Of a DNA stretch of 64,000 nt, positions 24,756 to 33,300 are shown piece by piece (position 1 is the first letter of the stretch; the number at the start of each line of letters is the position of its first letter). This stretch comes from a virus. The position numbers and the translations under genes were made by a program. The stretch is taken from the IMG/VR virus record IMGVR_UViG_3300044826_000112; one strand, written 5' to 3'. The notes below the pieces were generated by a model. That model did no database searches, had not been told where the DNA came from, and saw only the letters and a program-made list of their open reading frames with translations.

Positions 24756-25545
24756 CCAGATATTCCTCCATTCTCTCCTCTACTCCTGGGACATCCAGGA
24801 ACAGCCCGGACTCCGGGAACTCGATCATATCCCATAGATATCCTCTAAACAACGCATGATAGAAGGCATAGTAGGGGCCTGTGTGCTCACGAGAAGGGAT
24901 AATGTGCACGTTCTTCTCTAAGATGCCTGCAGTAAGGCCTACCTCAGAGCACTTCAAGGTGTACACGTTCTGACTACGCTCAACCAGATACATGCCGGAG
25001 AACTGAGGTGCCATTACATATGCTCCAGTCCCTCTCAAGAACCCCTCCAGCTGAGCATAATCCTGAGCTAGGATCAGAGGATGCGGCTTGAAGATAGCCC
25101 CGGGGTGGCGAAGAGCAATGTCGATAAGGTCTTGCTGGGCGATTGTCTTAATGATATTCGAACCTGGCAGGATCACTACGGTGTCCGAGTGATACAGAGG
25201 AAGCAGCTGATTGCTGTACTTGTCACCTACATGGTCTGCAATGAGATTGCGGTAAGAGAGGCCGATACAGCCACGCTCTTTAAGCGAGTCCACCATGTTC
25301 AACGTGAAGGCGTTATCGCACGGACGAACATATAGTCCGCCGAGGTTGACGAACATCTCGGTGTACGTGAGGTTTTCAGGACGTCCAGGGTAGGACATAT
25401 CGTATTCGATGAAGATGCCGCGGGCTCTAGCCTTGGCAACGAAGATATCCGCTAGCTTCTTACTGCTAGCGAATCCATCTTTAGGTGCGGTAAAACCGCA
25501 GCGGCCCATAAGGACCGCTGGGGAGTTGTGATCATTTAGTAGCAT
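24685..25545 (-). CDS. Putative GT-B glycosyltransferase resembling capsule-synthesis (KpsC/KpsS-like) domains
   Basis: VILPGSN, IFKPHP, SGMYLVERSQNVYTLKCSEVGLTAGILEKNV resemble the HP motif and 'V.T..S.VG..A....K.V' signature. Confidence 0.55.
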   Translation of the reverse strand: MLLNDHNSPAVLMGRCGFTAPKDGFASSKKLADIFVAKARARGIFIEYDMSYPGRPENLTYTEMFVNLGGLYVRPCDNAFTLNMVDSLKERGCIGLSYRNLIADHVGDKYSNQLLPLYHSDTVVILPGSNIIKTIAQQDLIDIALRHPGAIFKPHPLILAQDYAQLEGFLRGTGAYVMAPQFSGMYLVERSQNVYTLKCSEVGLTAGILEKNVHIIPSREHTGPYYAFYHALFRGYLWDMIEFPESGLFLDVPGVEERMEEYLDAYQRFYHDYRTGSPSARPSLRS

Positions 25546-25711
25546 TGGCCAGCACCAACTCAACTTGCTTTCTGTAGTGAGACAGCACGTCGTTCATGCG
25601 GGTTTCGTACTTCAAAATGAACTCGAGGAATGCAGCTGCTTGAGCATCCTGAGAGCGGATGACTTCGTTCAGCTTGGCTTCCAATTCTGCAACTTTAGCT
25701 TCAAGACTCAT
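25532..25711 (-). CDS. Small coiled-coil protein (59 aa)
   Basis: AAGGAG RBS; MSLEAKVAELEAKLNEVIRSQDAQAAAFLEFILKYETRMNDVLSHYRKQVELVLANATK; below the ORF-track cutoff; overlaps the next start. Confidence 0.8.
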   Translation of the reverse strand: MSLEAKVAELEAKLNEVIRSQDAQAAAFLEFILKYETRMNDVLSHYRKQVELVLANATK

Positions 25712-25745
25712 GGTAATCTCCTTATGTCGGTGCGGTAACTATACA

Positions 25746-26165
25746 TCAACGCCAGAAGGTTGACCAGTACGAAGTCCATGCTGTTGTGGTTGGTCTGCTC
25801 TTCCAAGCTGACTTGGCCAAGGATTTACCGATAGCGGTCCCTCGAGAAACCTGCCAACTAGTCGTAGTAGTACTATTACTACACCCACCAGAGGCAGTTT
25901 GCTGAGAGGTAGTCCAATAGGTCGTCCAGTACGAGGTCCAGTAGGAAGTCCAGTATGAAGTCCAACCAGTGGTCGTAGATCTGCTTACTGCTAAGCTAGT
26001 CGTGTGGTAAGCACTCTTGCTGTAGAAGTGAGAAAGACTGATCGAGCCACTTGCGGGGATTCCAGGAGCTGCTCCGTAGTATTCATTAAGGGAGATCGGG
26101 TTTGTACCCCCGAACTCCGCTTGAACTTGAGCCATTGTGATGGCCCCACTCGCTTGCATAACCAT
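25746..26165 (-). CDS. Tail-fibre tip/adhesin-like protein with Thr/Ser/Trp repeats, paralog A
   Basis: N-terminal fibre-attachment-type module (SGAITMAQVQAEFGG..ISLNEYY..IPASGSISLSHFYSKS) followed by WTSYWTSYWTSYWTTYWTT. Confidence 0.75.
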   Translation of the reverse strand: MVMQASGAITMAQVQAEFGGTNPISLNEYYGAAPGIPASGSISLSHFYSKSAYHTTSLAVSRSTTTGWTSYWTSYWTSYWTTYWTTSQQTASGGCSNSTTTTSWQVSRGTAIGKSLAKSAWKSRPTTTAWTSYWSTFWR

Positions 26166-26168
26166 GAT

Positions 26169-26570
26169 TTATCTCCAGAATGTTGCCCAGGAGGTCCACC
26201 ACGCAGTGCTTGTACTCATGCTCTTAGGGATCGACGTAGATTGGGAAGTCGTACGGGAAACCTGCCAGGTTGTCGTGTAGTAGATGGTGGAACCACAGCT
26301 ACCAGACATTGTGGTTTGACGGCTTGTATTCCAAGTCGTTACCCATGCAGTCGTCCAGAAAGACACCCAAGAGGTTGTGGTATTCTGGCTGGTTACGCGG
26401 CTGGTCGTGTGATACGCACTCTTACCGTAGAACTGGGAGATGCTGATGGTACCGCTGCCAGGGATCCCAGCAGCAGCTCCGTAGTACTCGCCAAGATCGA
26501 TAGGGGCAGTTCCTCCGAATTCGTTTTGAATGTCGAGGAATCCAATTAAGCCACTAGATGGAAGTGTCAT
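26169..26570 (-). CDS. Tail-fibre tip/adhesin-like protein with Thr/Ser/Trp repeats, paralog B
   Basis: MTLPSSGLIGFLDIQNEFGG...GTISISQFYGKS then WVSFWTTAWVTTWNTS...WWTSWATFWR. Confidence 0.75.
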   Translation of the reverse strand: MTLPSSGLIGFLDIQNEFGGTAPIDLGEYYGAAAGIPGSGTISISQFYGKSAYHTTSRVTSQNTTTSWVSFWTTAWVTTWNTSRQTTMSGSCGSTIYYTTTWQVSRTTSQSTSIPKSMSTSTAWWTSWATFWR

Positions 26571-26581
26571 AGATTGCTCCG

Positions 26582-27196
26582 TTAGTTGTACTGCCAGATA
26601 TCGTCGGGGATCTGGCTGGAAATGTCAGAGTAATCAACGGTGATAGCCTGAACATCGTCTAGCGTCTTAGCCTTCTGAAGTCTATCCTCCAGGCCTTGAC
26701 GGCGTCCGAAGGTGGCACCGGAGATTTGTGCGAACAGATTTGCCTTCTCGATGATCCGATCGACCAGAATCTCCTTGTCGATGCCGCGGTAAAGGGCGAT
26801 AGCATCAGTCATAGGAGTCGGGTAGTTCGGGTCTCTGCGATAGTGCAAAGCTTCGATCTCTTGCTTGTACCATGAGACGATCTCCATCACAGGATAGATG
26901 GAGGTCACCTTGGATAAGGCCTCATCGGCCTTCAAATTGATCTCATTGAGTTTAGATCTTTTGGCCAAATCAAGAGTGTTGTAGATGGTATCACGGAATT
27001 CTAACCGGCCACTAACAACATACACGACTTTCCCTTTGTTTTGCTGACGGATGGCCGTGTCATAGACGTCATAGCTCACCTCTAGCGATGGGTACGGGAC
27101 TGTCGGAGAGGTGTTGGTGTCATAGAACCCCTTCACCTTGCCTGTACCTACGTCGTAGTGGATGTAATAGTAGATTACACCTTGAGAATCAGACAT
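26582..27196 (-). CDS. Tail fibre assembly protein/chaperone
   Basis: Directly after a fibre gene; GFYD...P N-terminus; AKRSKLNEI...YP..EI.SW..QE.EA...RGIDKEILVDRII pattern typical of fibre-assembly proteins. Confidence 0.75.
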   Translation of the reverse strand: MSDSQGVIYYYIHYDVGTGKVKGFYDTNTSPTVPYPSLEVSYDVYDTAIRQQNKGKVVYVVSGRLEFRDTIYNTLDLAKRSKLNEINLKADEALSKVTSIYPVMEIVSWYKQEIEALHYRRDPNYPTPMTDAIALYRGIDKEILVDRIIEKANLFAQISGATFGRRQGLEDRLQKAKTLDDVQAITVDYSDISSQIPDDIWQYN

Positions 27197-28571
27197 TTTG
27201 CTTACCCTCCAGCTTTTCCAGACGACGAGTCAGAGCAGTAATCGCAGCAGCTTGTACAGCAACGACACGCTCGTAAGTCATAGTCTTGTAGTTCTCCCCA
27301 GATTTAGAGACGATGGAGCCATCTTCTAAGGTTTCGTAATCGAACGGGGCGAGCGGAGTCAGCTCTGGGAAGTCCTTATTGACCTCGCCGGCCAACAGGC
27401 CTACTTCCAGCTTCCTAGGGTCATATCCGTACTTAGCACCTAGATCGTTAGCGTGGTAGCGAACTTTACGCCAGCGGTTCACAGCATCCAGGCAGAACTC
27501 CGGATCTAGCTCTTCGATAACCTCTTTGAGGCGCTCATCGGAGTAGTACGCAGTTACGTTGCTACCGAAAGCCCCTTCGCCTGCCGTGTAGAAGTTCTTA
27601 CCGTTGTACACACGGACCCAGGTGGTGTCGGTCATGTGCATGCCGCCACCGTAGGTTTCACTGTACCAACCGGAACCACCAATAGATCTGAACCAGTTAT
27701 TCGTGTACACGGTTCCGTAAGATCCGCCGTCTGCCATAGCACCGATTTCTGCCGGAGTAGGTTTTTGGTTACCGTTGTAGTTGACTACCCAGGCAGTCCA
27801 AGCCCCAGCGTTTACCTTGTAGCGGTAAGCGTGGCGTCCACTGGTATCCATGTAGTCCTGCCAGATCCAGTTGTTAGTGTTGTTGTGCGTGCCACCATCT
27901 GAAACCATGACCATAAGACGACCATAGATACCGCCGGCCCATGGGGCGTTAGGGACGTTAGCAGCTGATCCGAAGGTGTAGAAACCGTCAGAAAGTGCTG
28001 CGTTGAAGTCAGTCAGACTACCTCTATTTGTGTTGAAGTAGAGGGCATCGTGGTTGTGACTTGCAGACGCCGCACCGAGCCACGTCATCACCGCGGCAGG
28101 GTTGCTGCAGTATCGGGTGTAGTTATCCGTGCTGCTATTGGTGCGAAAAGCAATAGCACCATTCATAGTAGTCTGATCCGCGTAGCTAGCCCGCAGTAGA
28201 CGCACACTAATATCAGCACTGCCGTCGCGAAGGGCTAGTGTATTAGCAGTTGCGGCAGATGACTGATTGTTCAGGTCAGTGATATCAGCAGCAGTATGCG
28301 TGTGGGCAGTAGCTGGGAAAGTAGATGGCTTACCAGTGATACTCCCCCAGGCCGGAGACCCGAGGCCTGCAATGGCCGCCATGGCAGCGTCATAGGCTGC
28401 CTTTACGGCAGCACTTGTTGCGTACGTAGTAGAAGACGCAGTCGTGTAGCTATCAGACGCACCCCAGTTGTTAACACTGCCAAGACCGACAGTGGTTTTA
28501 TCCGGGAAGTAGTTCCCTGCGTGGTACGCAGCGAACCCCCCGATAGTTGTTCCAATTGATAAATCAGCCAT
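27189..28571 (-). CDS. Tail fibre protein with a C-terminal intramolecular chaperone (peptidase S74)
   Basis: ATSAAVKAAYD fibre repeat, KPTPAEIGA, NVTAYYSDERLKE autocleavage site, GLLAGEV...YERVVA. Confidence 0.9.
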   Translation of the reverse strand: MADLSIGTTIGGFAAYHAGNYFPDKTTVGLGSVNNWGASDSYTTASSTTYATSAAVKAAYDAAMAAIAGLGSPAWGSITGKPSTFPATAHTHTAADITDLNNQSSAATANTLALRDGSADISVRLLRASYADQTTMNGAIAFRTNSSTDNYTRYCSNPAAVMTWLGAASASHNHDALYFNTNRGSLTDFNAALSDGFYTFGSAANVPNAPWAGGIYGRLMVMVSDGGTHNNTNNWIWQDYMDTSGRHAYRYKVNAGAWTAWVVNYNGNQKPTPAEIGAMADGGSYGTVYTNNWFRSIGGSGWYSETYGGGMHMTDTTWVRVYNGKNFYTAGEGAFGSNVTAYYSDERLKEVIEELDPEFCLDAVNRWRKVRYHANDLGAKYGYDPRKLEVGLLAGEVNKDFPELTPLAPFDYETLEDGSIVSKSGENYKTMTYERVVAVQAAAITALTRRLEKLEGKQNV

Positions 28572-28600
28572 GAAAATGTCCTCTTAGGTCTACGTCTAGT

Positions 28601-30367
28601 TTAGATTTCCTTCAGACGGAATGCGTTCACACCATCGCGTTTACTCATACGCAAAGTGTTGAGTGGGATAAGCATTGGCATCGCCCACTGAGATTTAGCT
28701 ACTGCGTTTCCGTTGTAGTAATCCAAGAAGCGAAGTCTCAGCTTAGCGGTCGAGTTGGCCAGCTTAAAGAAGCCTTGACCTCCTGCGTTCGGAGCCACGA
28801 TCATACTGGCAAACATGCGGTCACTGGAGATGTCAGCTTTGACAAACTCTGTGACTTGAGCAGCCGTCCAAGATTCCGGCAGGATCAATCCTACCATAAG
28901 TCTCCACTCAGATAACCCGTTGTTAGCAACCTCAGCTGCACTATGGATGTTGAAGTACTGGTTGCTATCTACTGCCGCGGTAGCCCGCTGTAAAGACCCT
29001 ACTTGCGTATCTTTGACGTCATACGTATACATGCCGAAATAGAGAGATCCAGCAGTCTTAATCTCCGACTTAACCCAGATAGCTGCTAAATACGGAGTAT
29101 CAGGCTTGATACTTACGATAGGTAGAAGGAACTGAGTATCTGCGTTAGAGGTATCAGTTGCCAGCTTGCTGTAGCGAGTACAATCAGCATTCGCCAAGGT
29201 TCTCGTGAAGATCTTTACCGGCTCAGCTGTGGCGCCGCCGTTGAGCATATCTGCAGGCATCACACCTGTGTAGAGGTTCTGGGCACTGCTGTAGATCTCC
29301 CAGTAGCTATCACGATTGAACAAATCAAACGGAAGCCCTTCGTGGAATCCTCTGGCTGAAAGGATATGGTCACTTGTGATCACGCGGTTCACAAAAGAAG
29401 ATGCTGTAGGAGATACTCCAGAGCGGACAACTGTTAGGTTGCGGAACTCCGACTTACCTACGGAGATGTTGCTGGGGGAGTGATATGCGGCAGCCGTGAA
29501 GTTGAGCTCAGGCTTACCGGAAGTACCGTGACGCCATGCAGGATCCCTCTTCAGGAACAGGTTGACGTCTGTCCACTCAGTATCTCCGATAGAGATAGAT
29601 GCAGAACGCCCCCACTCACCAGCATCAGTTGTCGCATAGATATACATTGCGATCTTACCGTTAGCTGCCGCACGATCAGGGCTTACACGAGCCTGACACT
29701 TGAGCCAGATGTAGTCATCTTCCCAAATATCATTAGGTCCCGTGCCAGCCACCCCTAGATGCTTCTGGTAGAAGCTGTATCCGCTTGTGGCGAAGATCGG
29801 ATCCGAAGTGTTAGCTAAAAGAGGGCCATAGCCAGTGCGACCTAGCGAGTTGATAGACTCGAACGAGGTTTCGAACATGGCGAATGGATAGATAGCCTCT
29901 TGAGGATAGCAGATCTCTTTCACAATGCCATGTTTGGACGAACCAAATGCAGCATAAGGGAATCTTCCGATGCCGGTGACGTATCGGATAAATTCGGTAG
30001 ATCGTGCATTGGTCATTGCAGTGGTCAGGTTAGCATTCGTACCGATAGCATCATAGGATGTCAAAACGAATAGTACATTAGGAGTTGCCATGACTTCGTT
30101 CAGCTTGGTAGCCAAAGCAGTCTTTGCCGCGTCCTTAAGGTAGACATCGTAGACGAGATCAAACGTGACAGCCATATTGTAGTCCAGCACGGTCAGCCGT
30201 AAGCCTCTACCGCCTGTAGCATCGTATTTGGCTACGCCATTGACATACAACTGACGTGGCCCATCATTATTCAGCCCAGTCCCCTGGACTTTGATCTTGA
30301 AGCGTCCAGCAGACCCTTCAGAGAAAAGAGGGGCCTCCAGGGCCCCATTCTTGTTTACATTTAGCAT
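28601..30367 (-). CDS. Tail-associated protein with an ILEI/PANDER-like lectin domain and further beta-sandwich domains
   Basis: GRGLRLTVLD...YDVY...LATKLNEV...FVLTSYDA...RFPYAAFG; located between fibre genes. Confidence 0.6.
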   Translation of the reverse strand: MLNVNKNGALEAPLFSEGSAGRFKIKVQGTGLNNDGPRQLYVNGVAKYDATGGRGLRLTVLDYNMAVTFDLVYDVYLKDAAKTALATKLNEVMATPNVLFVLTSYDAIGTNANLTTAMTNARSTEFIRYVTGIGRFPYAAFGSSKHGIVKEICYPQEAIYPFAMFETSFESINSLGRTGYGPLLANTSDPIFATSGYSFYQKHLGVAGTGPNDIWEDDYIWLKCQARVSPDRAAANGKIAMYIYATTDAGEWGRSASISIGDTEWTDVNLFLKRDPAWRHGTSGKPELNFTAAAYHSPSNISVGKSEFRNLTVVRSGVSPTASSFVNRVITSDHILSARGFHEGLPFDLFNRDSYWEIYSSAQNLYTGVMPADMLNGGATAEPVKIFTRTLANADCTRYSKLATDTSNADTQFLLPIVSIKPDTPYLAAIWVKSEIKTAGSLYFGMYTYDVKDTQVGSLQRATAAVDSNQYFNIHSAAEVANNGLSEWRLMVGLILPESWTAAQVTEFVKADISSDRMFASMIVAPNAGGQGFFKLANSTAKLRLRFLDYYNGNAVAKSQWAMPMLIPLNTLRMSKRDGVNAFRLKEI

Positions 30368-30378
30368 TACCTACTCCA

Positions 30379-33300
30379 TTACGCGAAGGTGATCTCAAGG
30401 CATCCGGTGGTGCTATTGTACGCCATAGTTGGCCCGCCGATAAGCGTTAACGCATCGGTGACCAGACCAGTGCTGTTCACACGAGCTCTGGTAGTACCGC
30501 CGATACGCAACTGAATGTCTCTTGCTGCGTCTGCACTCAGATACAAGTTGTCGCCCGATTGGTGGATCTCGTTGGTATCGATACCTAGACCGTTGGCAGC
30601 AGTGCCGAACAGAGCCCAAGCTTTAGTCAGATCACCTCCACCGCCGATAGTGTTAGTACCGTTGGAGAAGATCATCTGGGCAGTAAAGGTGTCGCCACCC
30701 TTAGATGCCTTGCTTGTGTTCAATGCGTTGTACGCATCTGTCACCGCCTTCTCTGTAGCGTACTTGGAGGCAGAGCCGCCAGTGTAGCTGTTAGAGTACG
30801 TCCAGTTCTGCACGGAACCTAGGCCAACTTGAGCCGCGGTAGGAGCATTCCCCGTATGGAATACGGTACCAGATGCACCTGGGTTGATAGTCACTACACC
30901 GTTGTTAACACCCGCATCGCTACGAGTGATAATGTTAAGGGCACCGCTCGGGTTCATCTCAAAGATGGTGCGACGAACGTTATCCGCGTTACCGGTAGCT
31001 CTTAGTTCAAAGCCTGGGTAACTAGGGGTTTCCACTTTAACACCACTTGCTGAAGCACCTAATGCTACAGTTAGTGCACCAGACAAGATACCGCCGTTGG
31101 ACGGCAGAGCTCCTACCTGAGCAGCTGTAGGTAGGTAATTAGCGTGGAAGATGCGAGAGGTTGCACCGATACGCCAATCATCCGGGCCGTAGTAGCGAAG
31201 AGCTTGAGCCCACACCGGAATAGTGTCTGCGTTGAGTAGAGGAGCAATCTCTGCGTATCCATCTCCACCACCGATATGGATACCGCCAGAGGTAGTCCCT
31301 GCAACCTTACTGCGAATCACGCCAGTATCCGAGAAGATAGAGCCGTTAGCTACGATTCCTCCAGAGAAGATGCCGCCAGTCTTAGGCATTGCTGCCGCAG
31401 CCAGGTCATAGGCAGTCTTCACAGCACCAGCAGTTGCGTACTTGGTGTTGCTCGCATCATTTACCGCTGAGGTTGCACCCCAGTTGTTCACAGAACCAAG
31501 ACCTACGTCCGTAGCAGTAGGTTTGTTGCCAGCATGATACGCAAGGTTGCCCCTGATCTTCAGACCGGTATTGTCGATGCGAACCCATTCAACGCTAGCC
31601 CCACTCCCATCCATCCCAGTAGTGTAATGGCGGAATACGAAAGGCTCTACGTCATCATCGGTACTGTAGAACTCTAGTTCACCAGTATTAGTGTCCGGGT
31701 TAACACAGCGAATACCGAAGGCATCATTAGTCCCAGTAGGTAGGAATCGTAACCCTGAAGATAGACCGTTGCCAGTGAACAGAATTTCTCCAGAGATGTT
31801 ACCCCCAGTGCTGCTAAGGGCTCCTACTTCAGAGGCTGTTGGTTTGAATCCTTGGTGATATACGGTATATTCACTGTAGGTCTTATCGCCAACTCCTGAG
31901 TCCATACGGAATCTCATCTGACTAGCATTGTTGATGCTGATGAATTCGTCAGACTTGGTAGTGCTTCCGTTTCTTCTCCACAGCATGACATGACCGCCTT
32001 CTGCAGAAATACCTGCATAAGAACCATCTGCCTGTGTAGTGGTACGGAAACCGTTAGCAGCAAGACCGGTCAGAACACCAGTAAGGGTTGCTCCGCTCTT
32101 AGGTACGGCGGCGGCTGCTAGATCATACGCAGTTTTCACGGCAGCTGAAGTTGCGGCCATAGTTGCACTGGTGCTGTTTGTCGCACTGCTCAGCTGAACG
32201 ATACCCGCTGCAGACACAGAAGCTACCGGTACGCCGGTAATCTGAGCCCATGGGTGCGTGTGAGCAGCCGGAGTGAACGTAGTAGGAACGTTCAGAAGCT
32301 CGGTGTAATCAACACGATCCAGCTTGGTATAAACCTGAGTCCAATCAGTCCAAGATCCGCCAGCAGCTTTAGCACGCAGCATAAGCTTGTTGGCATCGCT
32401 CAACATGATTTGACCGCTTACGTCACCATGCAGGTTCAGCACGTTACCGTAATCAAGCGGATATCCGTTAGCAAACGCCTGGACCATAGACAGACCTGTA
32501 TAGGTCGGATCTGTAGTACCTGCCCATGCAGTTTGACGTCCTTGACTGATCACGTTGTAGTGGTTGTGAGCACTTGGCGTGAAGGTAGCTGGCTTATCGG
32601 TGATCTCACCCCAGATGTGGGTGTGAGCACTTGGAGCAAACTCAGTCGGCTTGTCAGTAATGTGAGCCCAAAGGTGAGTGTGGGCAGTCGGGGTGAATTC
32701 GGTTGGTTTACCGGTCACCTCAGCATAAGTCGGCCAGCGAGTAGCTTCAGCCGGCTTGTTAGTCACGTTAGCCCAATCTGGCAGGTTACCAAGGGAGAAT
32801 ACGCGGTTTGCACCGTCGAATACGCCTTGAGCCAGGATAGTCCCACGGAACTCCCAGTTGTTGCTGTTGTTGGCGTTACGAGCAGTCCACTCACGAACAC
32901 CTGCCGCAGTCTGACGGTATAGGATCAGGTTGTTCACACCGCCGCCAGCAAGGGCTACCCCTGCTGTGGATGCATCTGCAACCCCGCCGAATACCATACC
33001 GCCACCGATGGCGTTGCTTTTACCAACGTAGACTTCACCGGCACCAGTACCGTTACTGTAGGCGTTCAGGGAGCCTTTAACAGTAGATCCGTTACCTTGT
33101 ACGTTCACAGCTCGGCTGCTAGTGCTCGAGATGGTGATGTTGCCGGCCCCAGAGGAGTCAGCATCTGCACGATAGTAGCGACCATCGTGGTTGTGCGTAG
33201 TCAAAGAACGGTTGGTGATGTCAGTACGAATAGTCGTGATGACAGCCTGAGTGTTCAGCTTGGTGTTGAAGTTACCATCGTGGACGAAGTAGCCGATAGC

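Noticed and set aside
25746-26570. Paralogous tip genes as a diversity-generating retroelement TR/VR pair
   Set aside because: Differences are not confined to adenines, both have starts and intact frames, and no reverse transcriptase is in the window
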